Shown piece by piece: positions 53,766-62,764 of a stretch of DNA of 64,000 bases. The DNA is from Chloroflexota bacterium. Lineage in GTDB: Bacteria; Chloroflexota; Dormibacteria; Dormibacterales; Dormibacteraceae. Every line of letters starts with the position of its first letter. Positions within the stretch are counted from its first letter, which is position 1. The stretch covers positions 1,021 through 65,020 of the forward strand of contig VBEO01000071.1 in NCBI GenBank assembly GCA_005881825.1. The letters are read 5' to 3'. A program made the translations under genes and the position numbers. The notes under the pieces were generated by a model. The model saw only the letters and a program-made list of their open reading frames with translations. It did not search any database and was not told the origin of the DNA.

Positions 53766-55490
53766 GTGAGCGTGACAGCCCTGCCGGACAGCGCGCTGGC
53801 CTTCCGAGAAGCCCGGCTCGCGGACATCGTCCCCTTCTATGAGGACCTGACCGCGCGTCAGCTGGAGGGCGATGAGGCGGTCGAAGCCTGGCTGAACGAA
53901 TGGTCGCGGCTGGAGGAGCTGTTCACCGAAGCCGCCAACGAAGCCTCCACGGCCTACGACCGCGACACCACCGACCCCGCCAAGGAGGCGGCCGACCTGC
54001 GTTTCTCGTCCGAGATCTCGCCGCGGCTGGAGCCGTATCGGGTGAAGCTGGGCGAGAAGCTGGTCGCCTCCGGCTTCAGCCGGCCGGACCTGGAGCCGAC
54101 CATCGCCCGCTGGCGCAATCGGATCGAGCTTTTCCGCGAGGAGAACGTGCCGCTGGTCGCGGAAGAGCAGAAGCTGGCCTCGCGATACAGCAAGGTGATC
54201 GGCGGGCTGGCCTCCGACTGGCAGGGCGAGCGGCTCCCGCCGCCCATGCTGCGCCCGTACACGAACTCGGCCGACCGCTCGCAGCGGGAGCAGGCCTACC
54301 GGGCCTTCTTCGCCCCCTACATCGATGCCCGCGACGAGCTGGCCGGGATCTTCGACGCGCTTTACGACCTGCGGCAGAAGCAGGCCCGCAATGCCGGCTT
54401 CGAGAACTATCGCGACTACATGCACCGGGCCAAGAACCGGTTCGACTACACGGTCGAGGACACCCTGCGCTTTCAGGACGCGGTCGCGGCCGCGGTGGTG
54501 CCGGCCATGGAGCGCGTGTACCTGCGGCGGGCGCGTCAGATGGACCTGCGCGAGGATCTGATCAGGCCCTGGGATGCCATCGACAACCATGTCGGCAATC
54601 CCGACCCCGTCGGGCTGCCGGCGCTCCGCCCCTTCGACACCGAAGGCGACCTGATCGACAAGGCGCAGCGGGTGTTCCAGAACGTCGACCCGGTGCTCGG
54701 CGAGTATTTCGGCCGCCTGGTCGGGGGCGGGATGCTCGACCTGATGTCCCGCCAGGGCAAGGCGCCCGGCGGCTACTGCACCACCTTCCCGATCCGGAGG
54801 CTGCCCTTCATCTTCACCAACGCCTCCGGCGTGGCCGGCGACGTGGACACCCTGCTGCACGAGGCCGGCCACGCCTTCCACAGCTTCGAGTCCATGAAGC
54901 TGCCCTTCGTCTTCCAGCGCTTCCCGGGCTCCGAGATGGCGGAGGTCGCGTCGATGTCGATGGAGCTGCTGGGCGCGCCTTACCTGAACGGCTCCAACGA
55001 GGCCTTCTACAGCGACGAGGAGGCGCGCCGGGCGCGGGTCGGGCACCTGGAGGAGGCGCTGGCCTCGATCGCCCACATCGCCTCGGTGGACGCCTTCCAG
55101 CACTGGATCTACACGTCAGGTGAGGGTGGCGACCGCGACGCCCGGGACCGCGAATGGCTGCGCATCCGGGAGCGCTTCGTCAAGGGCGTGGACTGGAGCG
55201 GCTGCGAGCAGGAGCAGGTGGCCCGCTGGTACGAGCAGGTCCACTTCTTCTCCTATCCCTTCTATTACATCGAGTACGGCATCGCCCAGATGGGGGCCTT
55301 CCAGGTCTGGCGCAACGCGCTCCAGGACCAGGCCGCCGCGGTTGCCGCCTACCGGCGCGCCCTGGCGCTCGGCGGCAGCCGTCCTCTGCCCGAGCTGTTC
55401 GCGGCGGCCGGCGCACACCTGGTCTTCGATGAGGCGGGGATGGGCGAGCTGGTGATGCTGGTGGAGGAGCAGCTGGCATCGCTGCGCTGA
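53766..55490 (+). CDS. M3-family oligoendopeptidase (PepF-like)
   Basis: HEAGHAFH zinc motif in a 574-aa ORF. Confidence 0.88.
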   Translation: MSVTALPDSALAFREARLADIVPFYEDLTARQLEGDEAVEAWLNEWSRLEELFTEAANEASTAYDRDTTDPAKEAADLRFSSEISPRLEPYRVKLGEKLVASGFSRPDLEPTIARWRNRIELFREENVPLVAEEQKLASRYSKVIGGLASDWQGERLPPPMLRPYTNSADRSQREQAYRAFFAPYIDARDELAGIFDALYDLRQKQARNAGFENYRDYMHRAKNRFDYTVEDTLRFQDAVAAAVVPAMERVYLRRARQMDLREDLIRPWDAIDNHVGNPDPVGLPALRPFDTEGDLIDKAQRVFQNVDPVLGEYFGRLVGGGMLDLMSRQGKAPGGYCTTFPIRRLPFIFTNASGVAGDVDTLLHEAGHAFHSFESMKLPFVFQRFPGSEMAEVASMSMELLGAPYLNGSNEAFYSDEEARRARVGHLEEALASIAHIASVDAFQHWIYTSGEGGDRDARDREWLRIRERFVKGVDWSGCEQEQVARWYEQVHFFSYPFYYIEYGIAQMGAFQVWRNALQDQAAAVAAYRRALALGGSRPLPELFAAAGAHLVFDEAGMGELVMLVEEQLASLR

Positions 55491-56449
55491 GCGAGCTGCG
55501 GCCCCTGGGGCGCAGTGGGATCGAAGTCTCCCGCCTGTGCCTGGGCGGGAACGTCTTCGGCGGCAACGCCGACGAGCGGGCCTCCTTCGAGGTGCTGGAC
55601 TGCTACCTGGAGCTGGGCGGCAACTTCGCCGACTCCGCCGACGTGTACTCGAAATGGATTCCCGGCCACCGCGGCGGCGAGTCGGAGGCGGTGATCGGAA
55701 AGTGGATGCGCTCGCGCGGTGTCCGCGACCGGGTGGTGGTGGCGACCAAGGTGGGCAGCGCGATGGGTCCGGGGCCACAGAACAAGGGGCTTCACCGCGC
55801 ACACCTGGAGCGCGCCGTGGCGGCCTCGCTGAAGCGGCTGCAGGTGGACGCGATCGACGTTTACTACGCGCACCAGGACGACCCCGATACGTCGCTGGAG
55901 GAGACGCTCAGCGTCTTCGACGAGCTGGTGCGCAAGGGGATGGTTCGCTGCCTCGGCGCGTCCAACTATCCGGCCGACCGGTTGCGGGCCGCGCTGGAGC
56001 TGCAGGAGGCGCGGGGCTGGGCGCGCTACGAGGTGGAGCAGCCGCCCTACAGCCTGATGAACCGGCTGGCCTTCGAAGGAGGCGTGGCGGCGGTGTGCCG
56101 CGAGTTCGGGCTGGCCGTTTACGGCTACGCCGCGCTGGCGGGCGGATTCCTGACCGGCAAGTACCGCCGGGGCGCCGAGCTGCCTGATTCGAAGCGCGCC
56201 AAGTCGGTGCAGTCGCGCTACATGGACGAGAAGGGCTGGCGCGTGGTGGAGGCTTTGGTCGGCGTCGCCGAGCAGCGGGGCGACACCCCCGCGCAGGTGG
56301 CGCTGGCCTGGGTGCTGGCCAAGCCCGACGTCACCGGTCCGATCGCCGCCGCCATGAGCGCCGACCAGATGCGCGAGCTCTGGAAAGCGCTGGAGATCCG
56401 CCTCTCAGAGGAGGAAATGCGGATCCTGGACGAGGCTAGCGCTTCGTAG
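55487..56449 (+). CDS. aldo/keto reductase
   Basis: The family N-terminus (M)SELRPLGRSGIEVSRLCLGGNVFG lies upstream of the first canonical start (GTG 55592). CTG 55487 sits in a CTGA overlap with the pepF stop. Confidence 0.85.
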   Translation: MSELRPLGRSGIEVSRLCLGGNVFGGNADERASFEVLDCYLELGGNFADSADVYSKWIPGHRGGESEAVIGKWMRSRGVRDRVVVATKVGSAMGPGPQNKGLHRAHLERAVAASLKRLQVDAIDVYYAHQDDPDTSLEETLSVFDELVRKGMVRCLGASNYPADRLRAALELQEARGWARYEVEQPPYSLMNRLAFEGGVAAVCREFGLAVYGYAALAGGFLTGKYRRGAELPDSKRAKSVQSRYMDEKGWRVVEALVGVAEQRGDTPAQVALAWVLAKPDVTGPIAAAMSADQMRELWKALEIRLSEEEMRILDEASAS

Positions 56450-56469
56450 GGGCGGGGCTTGCCCCGCCC
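56450..56469. terminator. GC hairpin spanning both convergent stop codons
   Basis: gggcgggg-cttg-ccccgccc between TAG 56447-49 (+) and the thiolase stop at 56469-71 (-). Confidence 0.45.
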
Positions 56470-57632
56470 TAGTTCAACCTCTCGAAGATCATCGCCATCC
56501 CCTGACCGCCGCCCACGCACATGGTCTCGAGACCGATGGTCTTGTCCTTGGTCTCCAAACCGTTCAGCAGCGTGCACAGGATGCGGGCGCCGGTCATGCC
56601 GAAGGGATGGCCGAGCGCGATCGCCCCCCCGTGCTGGTTGAGCTTGTCACCGAAGGGATCGATCCCCAGGCCTCGAGCCGAGGGGATGACCTGGGCCGAG
56701 AAGGCCTCGTTGATCTCGACCAGGTCGACGTCGTCGATGCTCATGCCCGCCCGCTTGAGCGCCTGCTTGGAGGCGTCGATGGGCCCCAGGCCCATGAACT
56801 CGGGCTCCAGCGCGGAGACCCCGGTCGCCACGATCCGCGCCAGCGGCTTTACGCCAACCTCCTTGGCCTTGGTGTCCGACATGACCACCACCGCGGCTGC
56901 CCCGTCGTTGAGCGGGCAGGAGTTGCCCGCGGTGACCGAACCGTCCTCACGGAAGGCCGGCTTGAGGGTGGCCAGCACCTCCATGGTGGTGCCGGGCCGC
57001 GGCCCGTCGTCCTTGTTGAAGGTCTGCCCGTTGGGCAGAGGGACGGGGATGATCTCGCGATCGAAAAACCCGTTGTCCCGCGCCTCCACGGCCCGGTTCT
57101 GGCTGTTCATCGCGAAGCGGTCCATCTCCTCCCGGCCGATCTTCTCCCGGCGCGCCACGTTCTCCGCGGTCTGGCCCATGGCGATGTAGATGTCCGGGTA
57201 CTCCTCCTCGTTGCCCGGCTTGAGGCGCGGGTTCTGGGCATCGGGCGGGTCGGAGGTGCCGTTACCAAAGCGCGACACGCACTCCACCCCGACCGAGAGA
57301 AAGACGTCGCCCTCGCCGGCGCGGATCGCGTGCGCGGCCATGCGCGTGGTCTGCAGTGAAGAGGAGCAGTAGCGAGTGACGGTGCAGCCCGGAGTGTCGA
57401 GCCGGGCCAGGACGGAGACAACGCGGCCCAGGTTGAATCCAGACTCGCCGCCGGGCAGGCCGCAGCCGCAGATCAGGTCGTCGATCATGCTCGGCTCCAG
57501 CTGGGGAACCTTGTCCAGGACCTGCTTGGTCACGTAAGCGGCCAGGTCGTCCGGCCGCATCTCGATCAGGGAGCCTTTGAAAGCGCGTCCGATGGGTGAG
57601 CGGCCATAGGCGACGACAACGGGTTCGGGCAT
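56469..57632 (-). CDS. acetyl-CoA C-acetyltransferase (thiolase II)
   Basis: RYCSSSLQ (active Cys), NEAFSAQV, GGAIALGHPFGMTGAR, MCVGGGQGMA. Confidence 0.93.
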   Translation of the reverse strand: MPEPVVVAYGRSPIGRAFKGSLIEMRPDDLAAYVTKQVLDKVPQLEPSMIDDLICGCGLPGGESGFNLGRVVSVLARLDTPGCTVTRYCSSSLQTTRMAAHAIRAGEGDVFLSVGVECVSRFGNGTSDPPDAQNPRLKPGNEEEYPDIYIAMGQTAENVARREKIGREEMDRFAMNSQNRAVEARDNGFFDREIIPVPLPNGQTFNKDDGPRPGTTMEVLATLKPAFREDGSVTAGNSCPLNDGAAAVVVMSDTKAKEVGVKPLARIVATGVSALEPEFMGLGPIDASKQALKRAGMSIDDVDLVEINEAFSAQVIPSARGLGIDPFGDKLNQHGGAIALGHPFGMTGARILCTLLNGLETKDKTIGLETMCVGGGQGMAMIFERLN

Positions 57633-57636
57633 GGGG

Positions 57637-58551
57637 TCAGTGTACGCGGGGCTTTGATCGGAACCCGAGGCCCGCGTTGAGGGCCATCCGGGGTGCCTTG
57701 CGGGGCGGCCCGATGCCGCTCAGCAAAAGGAGCCGCAGCACCCGGTTGCGATGGCCGCGATAGGGCTCCAGCAGCTCCAGCATGCGCTCGTCGGTGGCCC
57801 GTTCCTCGCCCGCCAGGGCGAAGGCCACCATGTGCGGGTGGTGGTAGTCGCCGACCGGCACCGCGTCGGGGTCGCCGTGGCTGACGCCGACCACCTCGGC
57901 CGCCGTCCAGGCGCCGATGCCCGGCAAGGCTCGCAGCCGGGCCGCGGCCTCGCCCGGGGGCATGCTCGCGCACTCCTCGACCCGGCGGGCATAGGAGGCG
58001 GCCCGGCGCAGGATCTCGGCGCGCCGCCGCTCCAGCCCGAAGCGGTGGAAGACCTCGTAGGGCGTGCGCGCAAGCCGATCGGGCGCGGGCGGCACGCGGA
58101 GTCCCGCTGCCGGGCCGGGGGCCGGGTCGCCGAACGCGCGCATCAAACGCGCATAGGAGTAACGGGCTTCGGCGCCAGGAACCTTTTGCTCGATGATCGA
58201 AGCGGTCAGGGCTTCCATGACCGCCCAGCTGCGGGTGAGGCGCAGTCCCGGCAGCCGGCGGGCCAGCTCAGCGAGCAGCCGGTGCCGGGGCTGGAAACCG
58301 GTGGGGTCATCCTCCTCACCAAGCAATGCAGGAGCGCGCCCCAGCAGCCAGCCGGCGCCCGGACCCCAGGCCTGGACCTCGGCCTCGCGTCCGCGAACGC
58401 GGATGCGCTGGGTGGCCGGGCCCTCGGGCGTGCGCGTGGCTCGCCAGGCCTCGGCGGGGCCGATCCGCACGCAGGGGTCACTGGCCGTCCGCCGCAACGG
58501 CCCGAGCGTCGCGCCGAGGTCGAGGGGCCGCGTAAGCGCGACCACGCGCAT
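57637..58551 (-). CDS. AlkA-like DNA glycosylase (HhH-GPD), second paralogue
   Basis: LRALPGIGAWTAAEV and PVGDYH. ATG 58551 lies inside track ORF 57637..58761. Confidence 0.7.
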   Translation of the reverse strand: MRVVALTRPLDLGATLGPLRRTASDPCVRIGPAEAWRATRTPEGPATQRIRVRGREAEVQAWGPGAGWLLGRAPALLGEEDDPTGFQPRHRLLAELARRLPGLRLTRSWAVMEALTASIIEQKVPGAEARYSYARLMRAFGDPAPGPAAGLRVPPAPDRLARTPYEVFHRFGLERRRAEILRRAASYARRVEECASMPPGEAAARLRALPGIGAWTAAEVVGVSHGDPDAVPVGDYHHPHMVAFALAGEERATDERMLELLEPYRGHRNRVLRLLLLSGIGPPRKAPRMALNAGLGFRSKPRVH

Positions 58552-58582
58552 CGCGTCCGGCACGCCGTCACCATATAGCGCC

Positions 58583-60352
58583 GTGCGCTGGCGCTTGGGG
58601 CTGCTGCTGCCGGTGGTGCCGATCGCGCTGCTGCCGGCTCCGGCGCAGGCGGCCGATTGGTCGATCAACAGCTTCGAATCCCAGATCGCGATTGCGGCCG
58701 ACGGCTCGCTCAAGGTCACCGAGGACATCGAGGTGACGTTTGCCGGACCCCACCACGGCATCTACCGCGACATTCCCGTGGTCTACGAGTACGACGAGAA
58801 GAACAACAGAGTGCTGCAGATCAACGTTGACTCGGTGCGCGGTCCGGGCCGCTACTCGACCTCGCGCAAGGGCGCCGATGAGGAGATCAAGATCGGCGAC
58901 CCCGACCGCACGCTGACCGGGCGCCAGAGCTACCTGATCACCTACACGGTGCGCGGTGCCTTCAACGGCTTTCCGGACCACGACGAGCTGTACTGGAACG
59001 TCACCGGGAACCAGTGGGGGGTGCCGATCGGCGCCGCCGCCGCCACGGTCCTGGTACCCAGCGGTTCCTTGCAGCGCCAGACGTGCTACCAGGGACCGAA
59101 CGGCTCGACCGAACCCTGCACCGCTGACGTGAGCGGCGACTCCGCCAGCTTTCGTGCCACCCATGCCCTGGACCCAGGCGAGGGGCTGACCGTGGTGGCG
59201 GCGCTGAACAAGGGCGCCGTTCCCGCCCCGGTGCCGATCCTGGAGCGCAAGCCGCGCACTCTGCCCGAGTACTTCGAGATCAACCCGGCCACGCTGCTGG
59301 GCTTCTGGCTGGTGCTGGCCGCCGGGTTCGGATTGTTCGGCTGGTACTGGTGGCTGCACGCGCGGGATCGCGAGTACACGACCGCGTACTACACACAACA
59401 CGATCTGAATGCGCCCGACGAGCTGACGCCGATATTCCAGCACCGGCCGGTGATCCCCGAATTCGAGCCGCCCGACGGGTTACGCCCGGCGCAGCTGGGC
59501 CTGGTTCTGGACGAAAGTGCCGACACCAAGGACGTGACCGCGACCATCATCGACCTGGCCGCGCGCGGCTACGTGACCATCACGGAGGTCGCCGGCAGCG
59601 GCATCTTCGCGCGCGCCAACTACCGGCTGAAGAAGGGCGCCGTCAGCGATCAGACGCAGCTGCTCCCGTACGAACGGACCATCTACGACGGGCTCTTCAA
59701 GACCGGCGACGAAGTGCTGTTGAGCGCGCTGCGCGGCACATTCAAACCCGTGTTGGACGACGCGGAGGGCCAGCTCTACATGGATGCCATGCGCCGCAAG
59801 TGGTTCACGCACCACCCCATGTGGACGCGCGTGGGCTGGCTGGTCCTGGGAATCGCGACCATGGTCGTGGGCGCCGTCCTCACGTTCCTGCTGGGGGCCC
59901 TGCTCGGCGCCGGGCTGGTCGGCCTGGCGATCGTCCTGATCGGCGTCATCGTCACGATCATGTTCCGGTCGATGCCGCAGAAGACGGCGGCGGGCCACGA
60001 CGTGCTCGTGCGCACGCTCGGCTTTCGCATGTACATGACGGCGGCCGAGAAATACCAGCAGCAGTTCGCCGAGCGGGAAAAGATCTTCACCGCCTACCTG
60101 CCCTTCGCCATTGTCTTCGGCTGCGTCGACCGCTGGGCCCACGCCTTTCGCGACATCGACGTGGCGGCGGCCACCGCTGGCTGGTACGTGGGCGCGCAGG
60201 GCTTGAACGCGCTGGCCTTCTCGAGCAACCTGCAGAACTTCAACTCGACGGTCGCCAGCTCGATCACCTACTCGCCCGCATCGTCCGGCTCATCGGGTTT
60301 CAGCGGTGGCGGTGGCGGCGGCTTCGGCGGCGGCGGCGGCGGCAGCTGGTAG
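58583..60352 (+). CDS. DUF2207-domain membrane protein
   Basis: Signal peptide, SINSFESQIAIAADGSLKVTEDIEVTF...HGIYRDIP, TM helices and a Gly-rich tail GGGGGGFGGGGGGSW. GTG 58583. Confidence 0.8.
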   Translation: MRWRLGLLLPVVPIALLPAPAQAADWSINSFESQIAIAADGSLKVTEDIEVTFAGPHHGIYRDIPVVYEYDEKNNRVLQINVDSVRGPGRYSTSRKGADEEIKIGDPDRTLTGRQSYLITYTVRGAFNGFPDHDELYWNVTGNQWGVPIGAAAATVLVPSGSLQRQTCYQGPNGSTEPCTADVSGDSASFRATHALDPGEGLTVVAALNKGAVPAPVPILERKPRTLPEYFEINPATLLGFWLVLAAGFGLFGWYWWLHARDREYTTAYYTQHDLNAPDELTPIFQHRPVIPEFEPPDGLRPAQLGLVLDESADTKDVTATIIDLAARGYVTITEVAGSGIFARANYRLKKGAVSDQTQLLPYERTIYDGLFKTGDEVLLSALRGTFKPVLDDAEGQLYMDAMRRKWFTHHPMWTRVGWLVLGIATMVVGAVLTFLLGALLGAGLVGLAIVLIGVIVTIMFRSMPQKTAAGHDVLVRTLGFRMYMTAAEKYQQQFAEREKIFTAYLPFAIVFGCVDRWAHAFRDIDVAAATAGWYVGAQGLNALAFSSNLQNFNSTVASSITYSPASSGSSGFSGGGGGGFGGGGGGSW

Positions 60353-60556
60353 GGGCCGTGCCGGAGGAGGATGGCCGTCCGCTGCGATTGGATCCGAATG
60401 CAGAAAGCGCAGATCCAAACCGGCCGGCTTTCCTGGCCCGATGGCTCACGCGCAGGGTTGGTTTGGGAAGTTGTTCCAAAACCCTACTTACATGAAGTGA
60501 GGGCGCCGGAGCCCGGGCGACGGGGCGTGTGGGCGTCGGCCTCCCGTGGCCGATGA

Positions 60557-60643
60557 ATGATGTCGTCGGCGCGACGCAAGAACCTGGAGGCGATGATCCC
60601 GAACCTGCGAGAGCAGTGGGAGAAATGGCGCAAAGGTTCGTAG
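60557..60643 (+). CDS. candidate 28-aa small ORF (MMSSARRKNLEAMIPNLREQWEKWRKGS)
   Basis: High GC3 codons within an otherwise lower-GC 400-bp gap. No SD and no family recognised. Confidence 0.15.
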   Translation: MMSSARRKNLEAMIPNLREQWEKWRKGS

Positions 60644-60733
60644 GTCGGCCCTCTCAAAGAGTGTTGCGCCGGCGCAACAAGGGTTTGGGCCGCTTGTCAA
60701 GGGCGGTGCGCCGGCTTAACGCCCATACAGGGC

Positions 60734-60753
60734 GGGCGAGGCACGCCTCGCCC
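60734..60753. terminator. GC hairpin abutting the response-regulator stop
   Basis: gggcgagg-cacg-cctcgccc, with the same stem sequence as at 800-819. Confidence 0.45.
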
Positions 60754-61131
60754 CTACGGCTGGCGCTTCTCCAGCAGGCGCGACAGCTTCTCGCGCAGCA
60801 CGGCCAGCGTCGGCGGCTTGGCGATGAACCCGTCGGCGCCGGCGCCCTGCCAGACCGAGTCCTCGCCCTGCGACACGCTGGCCGAGAAGAGCAGGATCGG
60901 CACCCGCGCCAGGCGCGGGTCCTCGCGCAGCCGGCGCGTCAGCTCCAAGCCCCCCAGGTTGGGCATGTGCACGTCGGAGATGACCAGGTCGGGCACCTCC
61001 TCGGCGACAGCGGCCAGCGCCTGGATGCCGTCCTCCACCACCACGCCGCGATAGCCGAGCGTGCGCAGGAAGACGCCCATCAGGCGGCGGATGGTGGCGT
61101 CGTCGTCGGCGACCACGATGGTGGCCGTCAC
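60754..61131 (-). CDS. single-domain response regulator (CheY-like receiver)
   Basis: VVADDD, DLVISDVHMP, FIAKP. Confidence 0.9.
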   Translation of the reverse strand: MTATIVVADDDATIRRLMGVFLRTLGYRGVVVEDGIQALAAVAEEVPDLVISDVHMPNLGGLELTRRLREDPRLARVPILLFSASVSQGEDSVWQGAGADGFIAKPPTLAVLREKLSRLLEKRQP

Positions 61132-62717
61132 TCGCGCCTCTGGATTGGGATCGAGAACGTGAACGTCGAGCCCTTCCCCTGCTCGCTTTCGGCCCTGACC
61201 CGCCCGCCGTGCATCTCCACGATCTGCCGCACCAGCGGTAGACCCAGCCCCGTGCCGCCGATCGATTCGCGGTCCTTGGATTCGTGGCGCGCATAGCGCT
61301 CGAAGATGGTGTCCAGGGCCTCCGGGGGCAGGCCCAGGCCATGGTCGGCGATCGAGAGCCAGACCTCCCCGTCCCGGCTGCCGGTCTTGATCAGCACGTC
61401 GCCGCCGTGGGGCGAGTATTTGATCGCGTTGCTGACCAGGTTGGCGACGACCTGCGTCAGCTTGTCGGCGTCGCCCTCGACTTTCGGCAGGTGGGCGTCG
61501 AGGTCGAGCAGCATCCAGTGCTGCTGGGTGGTGGCCTGGAAGCGGTCGGCGACCTCGGCGACGACCCGGTTGAGGTCGAGCTCGCTGTAGTTGAGCTGCA
61601 TCCGGCCGGACTCCATGCGCTCGAGGTCGAGCATCTCGGAGATCATCCGGGTCAGCCGCTTGCCCTCGTTGTGGATCTCGCGCGCGAACTCCTTGACCTC
61701 TTCGGGGTCGAAGTCCTGCTCGGCCAGCAGCTCGCTGAAGCCCTGGATGCCGGTCAGCGCCGTCCGGAACTCGTGGCCCACCAGCGAGACGAAGTAGCTC
61801 TTGGCCTTGCTGATGCGGTCCAGGTCCTCGATCGCCCGCTCCTGCTTCTGCAGCGCGTCGACCAGCCGCGCCTCGGCGCTTTTGCGCTCGGTGATGTCGC
61901 GGATGACCGCCACCAGCATGGTCTCGTCCTCGGTGATCCAGGTCCCACCGAGGTCGATCTCGACCGGGAACCGCGTGCCGTCGCCGCCCAACGCTGTCAC
62001 CTCCCGATGCACGCTGAACGACTCCGCCGGCGCCGCCAGGTGCTGCCGCAGGATGCGGTCCAGCTCGTCCTGGTCCTCGGGCGCCAGCATCTGGGGCACG
62101 GTGCTGCCGATCAGTGCGCCGACCGGCCGCCGGAACATGGCCACCCCGGCCCGGTTTACGGATCGGATACGCCCTTCCTGATCGATCGTGACCAGCGCCT
62201 CCGCCACGTTGTCCATCACGCTCTGGGCCCAGGCGGCGTGCCCGCGGTACTCGTCCAGCATGCGGTCGAAGGCGGACCGACCCAGCTCACGTTCGGCGAC
62301 CGCGGCCAGGTCGACCAGGAGCTCGAGATCGTCCTCCCCGAACTCGCGGAGATCGGGATCCATGACCGCCAGCACCCCCACCCGGTGCCCCGCCGGCTCG
62401 GCCAGCGATTTCCCAGCGAAGCTGCGCATGCCCAGTGGGTCAGGTTCCGAACCGCTGTGCGTGTACGGCCGGCGGCTGCCCAGCGCACGTTCGAAATGGG
62501 TTCCCGGCCGCGACACCTCGCGCGGCGCCAGCCCCAGGGCGGACTTGAGCCAGACCCGGTCGACGCCCACCAGCGCGATCACCGCCGCCGGTGTCCCCAA
62601 CAGCCGGCGGGCCAGCCGCGTGATGCGGTCGAAGCGCTCCTCGGGCGCGCTGCCCAGGAGGTCCAGGCGGTTGAGGCTTTCGAGCCGTCCCGCCTCGTCG
62701 ATCGGGACTCGGCTCAT
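61128..62717 (-). CDS. GAF-PAS sensor histidine kinase
   Basis: H-box SLVGHEFRTALTGI, N box VANLVSNAIKYS, G boxes DHGLGL and GGTGLGL. ATGA-type overlap with the receiver gene. Confidence 0.92.
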   Translation of the reverse strand: MSRVPIDEAGRLESLNRLDLLGSAPEERFDRITRLARRLLGTPAAVIALVGVDRVWLKSALGLAPREVSRPGTHFERALGSRRPYTHSGSEPDPLGMRSFAGKSLAEPAGHRVGVLAVMDPDLREFGEDDLELLVDLAAVAERELGRSAFDRMLDEYRGHAAWAQSVMDNVAEALVTIDQEGRIRSVNRAGVAMFRRPVGALIGSTVPQMLAPEDQDELDRILRQHLAAPAESFSVHREVTALGGDGTRFPVEIDLGGTWITEDETMLVAVIRDITERKSAEARLVDALQKQERAIEDLDRISKAKSYFVSLVGHEFRTALTGIQGFSELLAEQDFDPEEVKEFAREIHNEGKRLTRMISEMLDLERMESGRMQLNYSELDLNRVVAEVADRFQATTQQHWMLLDLDAHLPKVEGDADKLTQVVANLVSNAIKYSPHGGDVLIKTGSRDGEVWLSIADHGLGLPPEALDTIFERYARHESKDRESIGGTGLGLPLVRQIVEMHGGRVRAESEQGKGSTFTFSIPIQRRE

Positions 62718-62764
62718 GGGCGGTCTATCGTACTTGCCCGCCGTTCAAGCCCCACACTTTCCGG

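Noticed and set aside
60371-60556. 61-aa ORF preceded by GGAGGAGG.
   Set aside because: The SD-like run abuts the ATG with no spacing. The translation shows no features, and the third-position GC is mixed.
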